Positions 1 through 11,214 are shown, counted from the stretch's first letter. The stretch is 64,000 nucleotides of DNA from Vulcanimicrobiota bacterium (GCA_963812135.1 CAWETU010000001.1:1920001-1984000), one strand, 5' to 3'. The notes: generated by a model from the letters alone, not told the origin. Numbers and translations are program-made.

Positions 1-72
1 CCGCTGCGCCTCTTCTTGCGCCAGCACGATGCTGCGGCGCGCGCGCTCGGTGAACGGTTCCCACATTGACAT
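1..72 (-). CDS. clpC: ATP-dependent Clp protease ATP-binding subunit ClpC-like, N-terminus only (runs off window)
   Basis: Manual translation of the reverse strand gives MSMWEPFTERARRSIVLAQEEAQR, the typical Clp_N repeat start. GGAG lies upstream. Not in the ORF track because it is truncated. Confidence 0.8.
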   Translation of the reverse strand, partial: MSMWEPFTERARRSIVLAQEEAQR

Positions 73-218
73 TACTTTATCTATCTCCACCGGCCGCGCA
101 ATGGCAGCCGCTCCTTTGAATGGTGTACAGGTGTTCGACGTGGCGTGGGGTTGTGCTTCTTTCCAATACCTAAACGTTTTATCGGTATCTTTCGTGTCCG
201 GGTTCGTGTTTGGGCCTG

Positions 219-414
219 AAAAAAAGAGAAAGCCCCAAGGGCTCTCGGTCGTCGCAGTACTGGAGCCCGCCGTAAGTGGCGGGAGTCTTATCGGCTTTCG
301 CTTGATCAGGTCTTTGCCTAATCGCTACGCCCGGGTTACACAATCCGGATGCGGTCGGTGCTCACGCCGTCCGCTCGCCGATCGGTACGCTATAGAGCAA
401 GCCCCCTGAGGCTT
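219..414 (-). ncRNA. Putative structured ncRNA (~195 nt), family unassigned (6S-like size and closing stem)
   Basis: Preceded by a consensus promoter. 5' end (AGCCUCAGGGGGCUUGCUC) is imperfectly complementary to the 3' end (GAGAGCCCUUGGGGCU), which is followed by UUCUCUUUUUUU. Four internal hairpins. No convincing protein ORF. Confidence 0.6.
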
Positions 415-420
415 AAGCGC

Positions 421-449
421 ATGATACGCCTGCACTCCTGACGTGTCAA
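421..449 (-). promoter_or_regulatory. Sigma70-type promoter TTGACA-N17-TATCAT
   Basis: Reverse strand: TTGACA (449-444), 17-nt spacer, TATCAT (426-421). The predicted TSS near 414 coincides with the start of the closing stem. Confidence 0.8.
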
Positions 450-496
450 GGCGGTTTGGCACCGGAAATTTGAGAACTTTTCGAGAAGACTTGCGC

Positions 497-1981
497 ATGA
501 CGGAATCCCGGCACTTCGTCGCGATCGGTTTGGGTTCGAATCTCGGCGACCGGCAGAGCAATCTCGCGCGCGCGCTCCATCTGCTGCGCGAAGTTATCCA
601 CATCGAGCGCATCTCGCCTGTGTATGAGACCAAACCCGTCGGCTTCGCCGATCAGCCGGATTTCCTGAATTGCGCGTGCACTGGTCGAACGGCCCTTGGG
701 CCGCGCGAGCTGCGGGCCGCGCTCGCCTCGATCGAGCGACGAGTCGGCCGCGCGACCTCCTTCCCGATGGGGCCGCGCGCAATCGATCTCGACATCCTGC
801 TGTACGACGATCTTGTGATGCGCGACGAAGATCTGACCATTCCGCATCCGCGCATGCGCGAACGCGCCTTCGTGCTTGCGCCGCTGCGCGATATCGCACC
901 TGACGCCGTCGAACCGGTATCGGGCAAGAGCATCCGCGACCTCGCCGCCGCTGCCGACGCGTCCGGGGTGCGCCGGCTCGACGGCGACCTCGTGGCGCGC
1001 ATCCGCCGCGATGTGCAAGAGATGCAGCCGCACGTGCCGTTGTCGCTCAATCGCGCCGGCGTGACCGGTGTGAAGACGACGATCGCGTTGAACCTGCCCG
1101 CCGGACGCCAAAGCGCGATCGCGACGCTCGACATCTTCGCCGATCTCGATGCGGCGCACAGCGGCGTCCACATGTCGCGCTTCTCGCAGGATCTGGAGGA
1201 CGCGCTCTCCGACATCGCCGGTCATTCGGAGGGCGGCGTCGAGTCGTTAGCGCTGGCAGTGGCTCAGCGCGTCGTGGCAAGTCAGCGAGCGGAGATCGCG
1301 CACGTCGATCTGCGCGCGGAGTTCGCGTTGCCGCGCCACACGCCCGCGAGCGGCATCGCCACCAACGAGTATTACACGGTGCTGGCAAAGGCGGTCGCGG
1401 GACCCGATTTCGCGCGCAGCCTCTTTGGTGTCGAAGCCCAAGGAATCACCGCGTGCCCGTGCGCGCAGACGATGGTCGCTGAGAGCTCTGCGGAGCGGCT
1501 CGCGGCTGACGGCTTCTCGCCCGACCAGATCGCGCGCATTCTCGCCTCGCTGCCGATCGCCACGCACAATCAGCGCGGCCGCGGCACGCTGCTGATCGGC
1601 GGCACCACGGCGCTGGATCTTCCTGCGATGGTCGCGATCGTCGAGCAGTCAATGTCTTCCGAGACGTACGACCTCCTCAAGCGCCCGGACGAGCTTTTCG
1701 TGGTCAACAAAGCCCACTCGGCGCCGCGCTTCGTCGAGGACGTCGTGCGCGAGATACTGCGCTATGCCAACGAGGCACTTGCCGCCGCTCCTGAAAGCGC
1801 ATTCGTGCTCGCCCGTCAGCTGAACTACGAGAGCATCCATAAGCACGACGCGGTTGCGGAGTCGTGCGCGCTGGTCGGGGAATTGCGTCGCGAGCTGGCC
1901 GGCGAAACGGGGGTGCGCCACACGTCCCTCGAAGAATGGCTGTACCCGCGTGGTGTAGACGCATCGAAATCGAGTAAGTAA
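497..1981 (+). CDS. folK: Fusion: HPPK (FolK) + GTP cyclohydrolase FolE2/MptA family
   Basis: N-terminal IGLGSNLGDR, GPRAIDLDILLY and PHPRMRERAFVL (HPPK). C-terminal GVHMSRF, GITACPCA, HNQR, LLKRPDE, PRFVED and ESIHKHD (FolE2/MptA). One uninterrupted ORF. Confidence 0.9.
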   Translation: MTESRHFVAIGLGSNLGDRQSNLARALHLLREVIHIERISPVYETKPVGFADQPDFLNCACTGRTALGPRELRAALASIERRVGRATSFPMGPRAIDLDILLYDDLVMRDEDLTIPHPRMRERAFVLAPLRDIAPDAVEPVSGKSIRDLAAAADASGVRRLDGDLVARIRRDVQEMQPHVPLSLNRAGVTGVKTTIALNLPAGRQSAIATLDIFADLDAAHSGVHMSRFSQDLEDALSDIAGHSEGGVESLALAVAQRVVASQRAEIAHVDLRAEFALPRHTPASGIATNEYYTVLAKAVAGPDFARSLFGVEAQGITACPCAQTMVAESSAERLAADGFSPDQIARILASLPIATHNQRGRGTLLIGGTTALDLPAMVAIVEQSMSSETYDLLKRPDELFVVNKAHSAPRFVEDVVREILRYANEALAAAPESAFVLARQLNYESIHKHDAVAESCALVGELRRELAGETGVRHTSLEEWLYPRGVDASKSSK

Positions 1982-1982
1982 T

Positions 1983-3741
1983 ATGTGGGATTGGGAACGC
2001 GCTTCTGTTCCCTACCGGCCGATCTACCGGCGCCGGCTCCTGCGGCGTCGCTTCCTCACCGTGCTCCTTGCGGCCGCGATCGCCATCCCCTACTACCTCT
2101 ACCATCACCATCAGGCCACCCAGTCGATCGGCGAGCGGATCTTCGATGAGGTGACTTCGACGGTCTCCGTGCGGTATTTCGACGCGTCTTACCACGGCGT
2201 CGCGTGGCAAGCGGTGGCAGAACACTATCGGCCGCTGATCGCGAACGCGCCGACGACCCAAGCGCGTTATGCGGCGCTGCGCTCCATGCTCGCGCAATTG
2301 CACGACAGCCACACCGCGGTGTATTCTCCGACCGATCTCGAGCCGCTGCGCGACCGCGAACCCGCATGCCGTGTTCGGGATGGCACCCGATGCTACGGTC
2401 AGCGAGCCGGCAGTGGACTGGAAAATCGTGCGACCTGGCGTCGGCTATCTGCGTCTCTCGTCATTTCCTGATTCGGTGCACAGCGTACTCGGCTGGGCGA
2501 TGGCAAGCGTCGGACACGAGCCCGCGCTCATCCTCGACCTGCGCGGCAATCCTGGTGGCCTGGTGGATTCGGTGGATGAAGTCGCCGGCATATTCTTGCC
2601 GCCGGGGACGTTGATCTCGACCGGCACGCGCCGCTACAACCTGTTCGGGTCGCAACGCTTCACGGCGACCGATAATGCTGGGTTCTCGTATCCAGGACGA
2701 CTTGTCGTGCTGATCGATAAGAACAGCCGCAGCGGCGCCGAGTCGCTTGCGCGCGCGCTGCAATACTATCATCGCGCGACGTTGGTGGGCACGCGCTCCG
2801 CGGGCAAGGTGTTGGGCGTCGATGCCGAGATGACGCTCGCCGACGGCGGGCTATTGCGCGTCGCGACGCTGGACATGCACGCACCTGACGGTCAGCGCCT
2901 CGAAGGCGCGGGTGTTCACCCGAATGTTCTTGTGAGCGAGCCGGCACACCAGCTCAGCACAGCGATCGTTATCGCAAACCCTGGTCCCGCGGCTTCTCCA
3001 CCCTCCCCCACGTCGCCGTGCCCTCTTTCGGTCTCCGACTTCAGCGTCGCGTCGCTGGGGAAGCCACAAGGGTTTGTCGAGTACCGGGTGGGCGTTCGCA
3101 ATTCTGCGCCGGTGCCAATCGCAACGAAGTTAGACGTTTACAACGATGCGCTCGTCCAGGTCGGAACGGTTATCGTCTCGGAGGTTGACTCGGCGGCGGA
3201 TGCGATCCTATTTCGTTGGCGCGATAGGAGCCTGGTGCGCGTCGCTCTATCCCAAGTGGAAGCGAACGGCGGGAAGATCCTCTGCCAGCCCACTTCTTCA
3301 GTCGCTCTTGCTCCGCGCTTATCGCTTATTGCAGACGCGCATCGTAAACGCAGCTATACTGGTCCCCGCGGAGAGCCGATGCCGAAAGACATTCGCGACG
3401 CTGCAGATCAGTTTTGGCCGGAATTTGATGATTCGTCCGTAGTGGATACGTCACCGACCATCGGCTCGACGCTCCGTGATGCAAGGCTGTCGTTTGTCTC
3501 CCCCCTCGACTACCCGTACGAAGCCCACACCACCGGCGAGCAAGGTTCGGTACTCGTGGCTGTAATCGTGGGCTCGGGAGGCAACCTGGTCGGCACATCA
3601 GTCTTGAAGACGTCGGGGTTCCCCATCCTCGATGCTGCCGCGCTGGCCTCTGCACGGGGCAGCCGCTACACAGAGCCTGAAATCAACGGTAAGCCCGCCA
3701 ATCGGGCTTATCTTGTTGATTTCTATTTCGAGCTCGAGTAG
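1983..3741 (+). CDS. S41 (carboxy-terminal/tail-specific) peptidase with C-terminal TonB_C-like domain; frameshift near 2350
   Basis: ORF 1983-2471 gives a TM anchor and LAQLHDSHT. ORF 2269-3741 gives GYLRLSSF, LILDLRGNPGG, SRSGAESLA, GTRSAGK, then YP..A...GEQGSVLVAV...SGFPILDAAAL (TonB_C). Confidence 0.75.
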
Positions 3742-3747
3742 CGAAGA

Positions 3748-4122
3748 TCAGGACTTTCCGGCTAGGTTCTCCATCAGTTTCTTGTAGACCGCATCATGCA
3801 GGTCTTTCTGCTCGACGATGATCGCGCTGGGCGCCGACTTGCGGCTCTTGTCGATCTCTTTGGCCGGAACATCGGTGAGGAACACCGGCAGGTTGCGCGA
3901 GTTGAATCCATCTTTGATATAGCGCGCCGCTTCGCGCCCGTGCGAGGGAATGGCGCCGAGCGAGATCACCACGACGTCCGGCTGCTCGCGCTTGAGCACG
4001 TCGAAGAACGACGGCCAGCGCGGCTCTGCCTCCACGAGTTCGGCCCCGAGGCCTTTGAGCGCATCATAATGTTCCTGACGATGCGGATCGCTATGGAACT
4101 GCAAGAGCAATATCTTGGCCAT
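3748..4122 (-). CDS. Single-domain receiver-like (CheY-like) protein, atypical
   Basis: KILLL...EQPDVVVISL...GREAARYIK...NLPVFLT pattern. The usual phosphoacceptor Asp position appears to be Ser. Confidence 0.6.
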   Translation of the reverse strand: MAKILLLQFHSDPHRQEHYDALKGLGAELVEAEPRWPSFFDVLKREQPDVVVISLGAIPSHGREAARYIKDGFNSRNLPVFLTDVPAKEIDKSRKSAPSAIIVEQKDLHDAVYKKLMENLAGKS

Positions 4123-4238
4123 GCAGCGTAATTCTGCCATATAGTGTGCTGCGACCTGGCATGAATGAATGTGTGACCGATTGCCGAATGCCGCGGACTC
4201 GGCCTTACGAGGACCGCACCCGCTTCAAGGGAGATGTC

Positions 4239-4613
4239 ATGGCGATCACTGGAAAGACCAAAGTCAAGGGCATGGATGCCTCGTTTTACACCGTGAAAGA
4301 TCTCGCTCGCGCCACGAAATTCTACAACGCGCTGCTGAGCATGGAGCCCACGGTAGCGCAGGGCGACGTGGTGGTGGAGTACACATTCCCAAATGGCGAG
4401 ACGTTTGGGCTTTACAAACCGTCCGAGGGAGAATGGACACAGCACGGCGGCGTGCTGTTCGCGGTCGACGATCTCGCCGCCGCAGTAGCCGAACACAAGG
4501 CACGCGGTGTGAAGTTCGACGGCGATGGGCATATCGAGAACACACCGGTATGCTTCATGGCATTCGGCGAAGACAGCGAAGGCAACAACTTCATCCTGCA
4601 CCAGCACAAATAG
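4239..4613 (+). CDS. VOC/glyoxalase family protein
   Basis: [45 protein letters not shown]. Confidence 0.85.
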   Translation: MAITGKTKVKGMDASFYTVKDLARATKFYNALLSMEPTVAQGDVVVEYTFPNGETFGLYKPSEGEWTQHGGVLFAVDDLAAAVAEHKARGVKFDGDGHIENTPVCFMAFGEDSEGNNFILHQHK

Positions 4614-4623
4614 GAGACAAGCC

Positions 4624-5020
4624 GTGCCCACAACCCCGACGACCCGCGTCAGCGGCGTGGATGCGATCTACTACCAAGCGAAGGATCTCGATCGCGCCAC
4701 CAAGTTCTACGTCGACTTGCTCGGCATGGAGCCGACGATGCCGATGCCGGGCTTCGGCGCGGAATGGACGTTGCCGAACGGCGAGTCGTTCGGCATCATG
4801 AAGCTGCCCGACGACGATGCAGAGCGAGTTCGGGCGCTATTGGCATGGCGGCTCGGGCGTGATGTTCGCGTGCGAAGATCTCGACCAGACCGTTGCCGCC
4901 GCCAAAGCGCGCGGCGTGAAGTTCCACAAGGACGGCGAGGTCTCGGACACGCCCATCTGCCGTATGGTCTTCGGCGAGGATAGCGAAGGCAACACCTTCG
5001 CCTTGCACAAGCGCAAGTAA
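4624..5020 (+). CDS. VOC/glyoxalase family protein, paralog of the upstream gene; frameshift near 4817
   Basis: GTG after [16 protein letters not shown] lies in one frame; GVMFACEDL...[16 protein letters not shown] lies in another. Confidence 0.75.
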
Positions 5021-5061
5021 CGCAGCGGGGACGCCCGCCGCCCGCACGGAACTCCGGCTCC

Positions 5062-6608
<1,547 letters not shown>

Positions 6609-6612
<4 letters not shown>

Positions 6613-6824
6613 ATCTGCTGGAGATCACACCGGCGCCGACCGAGGAGGAAGCGGCGGCGATCGCGGCGGCGCTGACGGCGTTCGCAGCGCAGGCACGTGC
6701 GCGGAGCGTGCGTGCGCGACCGAACGCGAATGCGCGCTGGCGAACTTCGCGTCTTGAGAGCTCGCCGCTGCGCATGACCTGGGTTCAAACGGCGCGCGCT
6801 GAGGCGCTCGATGCCGGCCTTTAA
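6609..6824 (+). CDS. Small accessory subunit of acyl-CoA carboxylase (epsilon-like)
   Basis: [13 protein letters not shown]...W motif; start and stop overlap both carboxylase genes. Confidence 0.65.
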
Positions 6825-8583
6825 GAAGATCCTCGTCGCCAATCGCGGCGAGATCGCGCTGCGCGTCATCCGCGCGTGCCGCGAGCTCGGCATCGCGAGC
6901 GTCGCCGTCTATTCAGACGCCGATCGAGAGGCAGTGCACGTCGCGGCGGCCGACGAGGCATACCGGCTCGGTCCACCGCCCGCCACGCAATCGTATCTCA
7001 ACGTCGAGCGGCTCATGCAAGTCGCCGCGCAGGCCGGCTGCGACGCGGTGCATCCCGGCTACGGCTTTCTGGCGGAAAGCGCGCCGTTCGCGCGGGTCTG
7101 CGCCGAGCACGGCCTGGTGTTCATCGGGCCGTCGCCGGACAAAATCGAAGCGATGGGCGGCAAGATCGCCGCGCGCCGCGTGGCGACAGTCGCCGGCGTA
7201 CCGGTCGTGCCGGGCACGCTCGAGCCGGTCTCCGATGTGGCATCGATCCGCGCGTTCGCGGAGCGCTTCGGCTATCCGATCGCGATCAAAGCTTCCTCCG
7301 GCGGCGGCGGCAAGGGCCTCAAGGTGGCGCACACCTCCGCGGAGATCGAACACGCCGCGGAGCTCGCGGCGCGCGAGGCTGCCGCCTATTTCAAAGATGC
7401 GACGTTGTACGTCGAAAAATATCTGGCTCGTCCCAAGCACGTGGAGGTCCAGGTCCTAGGCGACAAGCACGGCAACATCGTGCACCTAGGCGAGCGCGAT
7501 TGTTCGATGCAGCGTCGCCATCAAAAGCTCGTTGAAGAGACGCCCGCCTCCATCGGCACAAACGTGCGCAACGGACTGCACGCGGCCGCCGTCAAGCTGG
7601 CGCGCGCGATCGGCTATGACAGCGCCGGCACGATCGAGTGCCTCGTCGAGGGCGACGATTTCTATTTCCTCGAGATGAACACGCGCATCCAAGTCGAGCA
7701 CACAGTGACCGAGATGACCTGGGGGGTCGATCTGGTCAAAGCGCAGATCCGCATCGCCGCCGGCGAACCGCTGTGGTTCGCGCAGCGCGATCTTGCGCCA
7801 CGCGGCCATTCGATCGAATGCCGCATCAACGCCGAGTCGCCGGCACACGACTTTCGACCGAGCGCGGGGCGCATCGTGCATTACAAAGAGCCCGGCGGTC
7901 CAGGCGTGCGGATCGATGCGGCGGCCGTCCCCGGTACAGTCATCCCGCAAGAATACGATTCGCTCATCGGCAAGCTGGTCACGTGGGGCGAATCTCGCGA
8001 AGAAGCGCGGACGCGCATGCTTCGCGCGCTGGGCGAATACACGATCGATGGCGTCGACACGACGATCCCGTTTCTCAAGCTGCTGCTCGCCGGCGAGGCA
8101 TTCGTCTGCGGCGACTATGCGACGCCGACGGTGGACGAGTTCTGTCGCACGCACGCTGCCGACATCGCGGCGCTCTACCCTAGCTCGCGTGTCGAGCCGA
8201 CGGCGGGCGGGCCAGAGGCCTCCACCTTGACCGTCGAGGTAAACGACAAGCGCTTCACCGTGCGCGTGCAAGGCGTCAATGGAAATTCGGCGTCGGCACC
8301 GAGGCGCGCACCGCGCTTCAAGCCGGCCAAGCGCGCTGGCGCGAATGCATCCGCAATCGTCGCGCCCATGCACGGCATCGTCGCGGAGATCCGCGTCAAG
8401 GCGGGCGACGCCGTCGAGGACGGTCAAGTGGTCGCCGTGATCGAGGCGATGAAGATGATGAACGAGGTGATCGCAGACCGCGCGGGCACGGTAGGCTCGA
8501 TCGGCGCGAGTGCCGGCGAGACCGTGGAGACCGGCGCGCCGCTCATCGCGTTCTTGGAGCCGGGCGGCGCGGGCTCAAAATAA
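6811..8583 (+). CDS. Acyl-CoA carboxylase alpha subunit (biotin carboxylase + biotin carrier)
   Basis: KILVANRGEIA, HPGYGFLAE, ERDCSMQRRHQK, FLEMNTRIQVEH and the EAMKM biotinylation motif. Confidence 0.92.
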   Translation: MPAFKKILVANRGEIALRVIRACRELGIASVAVYSDADREAVHVAAADEAYRLGPPPATQSYLNVERLMQVAAQAGCDAVHPGYGFLAESAPFARVCAEHGLVFIGPSPDKIEAMGGKIAARRVATVAGVPVVPGTLEPVSDVASIRAFAERFGYPIAIKASSGGGGKGLKVAHTSAEIEHAAELAAREAAAYFKDATLYVEKYLARPKHVEVQVLGDKHGNIVHLGERDCSMQRRHQKLVEETPASIGTNVRNGLHAAAVKLARAIGYDSAGTIECLVEGDDFYFLEMNTRIQVEHTVTEMTWGVDLVKAQIRIAAGEPLWFAQRDLAPRGHSIECRINAESPAHDFRPSAGRIVHYKEPGGPGVRIDAAAVPGTVIPQEYDSLIGKLVTWGESREEARTRMLRALGEYTIDGVDTTIPFLKLLLAGEAFVCGDYATPTVDEFCRTHAADIAALYPSSRVEPTAGGPEASTLTVEVNDKRFTVRVQGVNGNSASAPRRAPRFKPAKRAGANASAIVAPMHGIVAEIRVKAGDAVEDGQVVAVIEAMKMMNEVIADRAGTVGSIGASAGETVETGAPLIAFLEPGGAGSK

Positions 8584-8585
8584 AT

Positions 8586-8617
8586 ACGGAGCGGCCGGGA
8601 GGCCGCTCCGTTCTCTT
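8586..8617 (+). terminator. Intrinsic terminator between convergent genes
   Basis: Perfect 11-bp stem ACGGAGCGGCC-GGGA-GGCCGCTCCGT followed by TCTCTT, directly after the stop codon. Confidence 0.75.
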
Positions 8618-8634
8618 GCTACGCGAGATCGGCG

Positions 8635-8955
8635 TTAGACCGTTGCGTGAACCGGCATCTTGTGGAAGGTCGAGCTCGCGACCTCGTAGGTCTTGACTTG
8701 CGGGCTGCCCTCGAGCACGTTTGACAGCGCCTTGAGCACTTCTGGATACGTCACGGCGTTGTACGTCTCAGCGCTTTCCTTACGATCCCACAGGCTGATC
8801 GAGACCATTTCGGTGCCGCTCGGGCCGGCGAAGATGATCTCGTCCTGGAAACCCTTTTCCTTACGCAGCATCGGAAGAATGTTCTTCTCGAATGCATCGT
8901 TGAAATCGGTCGTGCGGTTGGCCTTCAGATTGATCTTCACTATGCGTGCGAACAA
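8635..8955 (-). CDS. Hypothetical protein, ABM/dimeric alpha-beta barrel-like
   Basis: TTG start after AAGGAG. MFARIVKI...ILPMLRKEKGF...SISLWDRKESAETY pattern. Confidence 0.65.
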   Translation of the reverse strand: MFARIVKINLKANRTTDFNDAFEKNILPMLRKEKGFQDEIIFAGPSGTEMVSISLWDRKESAETYNAVTYPEVLKALSNVLEGSPQVKTYEVASSTFHKMPVHATV

Positions 8956-9005
8956 TTGATACTCCTTAGGTAGATGGACAACAGTCGATATCATTCGTAT
9001 TCACC

Positions 9006-9098
9006 AAAAAAGAAACCGCCCACAGAGATGTACGCCGAATCGGCGGTACGGGGCAGCTTTTCGGAAATGCCTAGAGTCGCTGTACATGCAGTATACCA
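9006..9098 (-). promoter_or_regulatory. Extended -10 promoter plus structured 5' leader with terminator-like element
   Basis: TG-G-TATACT (9098-9090). The leader has hairpins and ends ACCGCC...GGCGGU-UUCUUUUUU about 50 nt before the start codon. Confidence 0.5.
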
Positions 9099-9210
9099 CA
9101 CACGCGCGAGGCGTGCGGGCGGAAACCGCAGAACGGTCCGCCCAATGCGGCTTCCATCGCATCGATGATAGCGGCGCCCATGCGCAGCCGGTACACGCAA
9201 GGGAGCGATC

Positions 9211-9594
9211 ATGTCTCTGCCGTTCGTCTTTAGTCACGTCGACATGCGCGTGCGCGACCGCGTGAAAGCAATCGCGTTCTACGATGATCTCTTAGGCTTG
9301 CTCGGGCTTCACCGTGGTGAAACGAAGCCCGAACATGAATGGGTTTCCTACAGCCGGCGCGACGGCACCGAGCAATGGTTCGCATTCACGCAAGCCGAGC
9401 GCGTCAATCCGGGTGACGCCCGCATCGCGTTTGCGGTGTCGGCGCGTGAGGTCGTCGATCAGGCGGCCGAACTTGCGCGCCGCATCGGCGCGCGCAACGT
9501 CGAGGGACCCGAAGAGGCCTACGGACCCGATTATTACGCGGTGTTCTTCGAAGATCCGGACGGCAACAAGCTCGAGGTCTGCTGTATCGACTAG
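9211..9594 (+). CDS. VOC/glyoxalase family protein
   Basis: SHVDMRVRD...FYD, RIAFAV, YYAVFFEDPDGNKLEV. Confidence 0.88.
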   Translation: MSLPFVFSHVDMRVRDRVKAIAFYDDLLGLLGLHRGETKPEHEWVSYSRRDGTEQWFAFTQAERVNPGDARIAFAVSAREVVDQAAELARRIGARNVEGPEEAYGPDYYAVFFEDPDGNKLEVCCID

Positions 9595-9627
9595 GCCGTG
9601 CGAGGCCCGCCGACGAACGCCCCTGTG

Positions 9628-11214
9628 ATGCACGAACGCGAGACGGACAGCGGCATTCCGATCAAGCCGGTCTATTCGGCTGCGGATGTCGCCGATCTCG
9701 ATCTAACCCATCAGCCCGCGCCCGGCGAGTACCCGTACGTCCGCGGGATCCAGCGCGAGATGTATCGCGCGCGGTTGTGGACGATGCGGCAATACGCGGG
9801 TTTTGCGACCGCCAAAGAGTCGAACGAGCGCTATCGCTATCTGCTGGCGCACGGCCAGATGGGCCTTTCGGTCGCGTTCGACTTGCCGACGCAGATGGGG
9901 ATGGACTCAGACGCGCCGCTCGCCGCCGGCGAGGTCGGGCGGACGGGCGTCGCCATCGACACGATCGAGGACATGGAGGCGCTCTTCGACGCCATTCCGC
10001 AAGACCAAGTGAGCGTGTCGATGACCATCAATGCGCCCGCCGCGATCCTGCTCGCGTTGTATCTGGCGGTGGCGCGCAAGCGCGGCGTGCCGTTCGACAA
10101 GCTCTCGGGCACGTCGCAAAACGATATCCTCAAAGAGTACGCAGCGCGCGGCACCTACATCTATCCACCGGGTCCCTCGATGCGGCTGGTCACCGACCTC
10201 ATGTCGTACTGCGCGCAGCATGTACCCAAGTGGAACACGATCAGCGTGAGCGGCTATCATATTCGCGAGGCCGGATCGACGGCGGCGCAAGAGCTCGCGT
10301 TCACGCTCGCCAACGGCATCGCATACTTGCGCGCCGCGGCGGATGCTGGTCTGCCGGTCGACGACGTCGCCCCGCGCATGTCTTTTTTTTGGAACGCGCA
10401 CAACAATTTCTTCGAGGAGATCGCCAAGTTCCGCGCCGCGCGCCTGCTCTGGGCGCAGATCGTGCGCGAGCAGTTCCACGCGAAATCGCCTAAGTCGTGG
10501 CTCATGCGCTTCCACACCCAGACCGGCGGCTCGACGCTCACCGCGCAGGAGCCGGAGAACAACGTCGTGCGCGTCTCGCTGCAGGCCATGGCCGCGGTGC
10601 TCGGCGGCACGCAGTCGCTGCACACGAACGCGATGGACGAGGCGTTGGCGCTGCCGTCGCAGTCGGCCGCCAAACTCGCGTTGCGCACGCAACAGATCAT
10701 CGCGTTCGAGAGCGGCGTGGCCGAAACGGCCGACCCTCTCGCCGGTTCCTATTTCGTCGAACGTCTCACCGCCGATCTGGCAGAAAAGGCGCGCGCTTTG
10801 CTCGGTGACGTCGACAAGCGGGGCGGCGCTGTCGCAGCGATCGAGAGCGGCTGGATGCAAGAGCAGATCGCCGAGAGCGCCTATCGCGCACAGGGGCGTT
10901 TGGAGCGCGGTGAGTCCGTGGTCGTCGGCGTCAACAAGTTCGTCGAGTCCGGTGGCGGCGCTGTGGCGCCGCCGTTGCAGCGCATCGATGCCGCGATCGA
11001 GCGCGAGCAGAAAGAGCGTCTCGCGGCGTTTCGCGCGCGGCGCGATTCTTCGGCTGCCGCGGCGCGCATCGCGTCGCTCAAGCGAGCGGCGGCCTCGAAT
11101 GCGCCGTTGATGCCCGAATTCATCGAAGCGGTGGCTGCCGGTTGCACGCTGGGCGAAGTCGCCGATGCGCTCCGCGACGTGTTCTCAGTCTACCATCCAG
11201 CGGCGGTGGTCTAG
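9628..11214 (+). CDS. Methylmalonyl-CoA mutase, substrate-binding large subunit (no B12-binding domain)
   Basis: [54 protein letters not shown]. The ORF ends without a DxHxxG cobalamin domain. Confidence 0.92.
   Translation: MHERETDSGIPIKPVYSAADVADLDLTHQPAPGEYPYVRGIQREMYRARLWTMRQYAGFATAKESNERYRYLLAHGQMGLSVAFDLPTQMGMDSDAPLAAGEVGRTGVAIDTIEDMEALFDAIPQDQVSVSMTINAPAAILLALYLAVARKRGVPFDKLSGTSQNDILKEYAARGTYIYPPGPSMRLVTDLMSYCAQHVPKWNTISVSGYHIREAGSTAAQELAFTLANGIAYLRAAADAGLPVDDVAPRMSFFWNAHNNFFEEIAKFRAARLLWAQIVREQFHAKSPKSWLMRFHTQTGGSTLTAQEPENNVVRVSLQAMAAVLGGTQSLHTNAMDEALALPSQSAAKLALRTQQIIAFESGVAETADPLAGSYFVERLTADLAEKARALLGDVDKRGGAVAAIESGWMQEQIAESAYRAQGRLERGESVVVGVNKFVESGGGAVAPPLQRIDAAIEREQKERLAAFRARRDSSAAAARIASLKRAAASNAPLMPEFIEAVAAGCTLGEVADALRDVFSVYHPAAVV

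Noticed and set aside
263..286. CCCGCC-hairpin as an IS200/IS605 end or omega-RNA remnant
   Set aside because: Only a superficial resemblance; no tnpA, tnpB or iscB nearby, and the hairpin fits within the larger RNA fold.
29..409. 126-aa plus-strand ORF over the clpC upstream region
   Set aside because: No recognisable motifs; it overlaps the clpC start and the promoter/terminator-bounded RNA on the opposite strand.
4790..4830. Programmed frameshifting in the VOC, S41 or MaoC genes
   Set aside because: No slippery heptamer or stimulatory structure is evident, and similar indels are scattered through the window, consistent with sequencing error.
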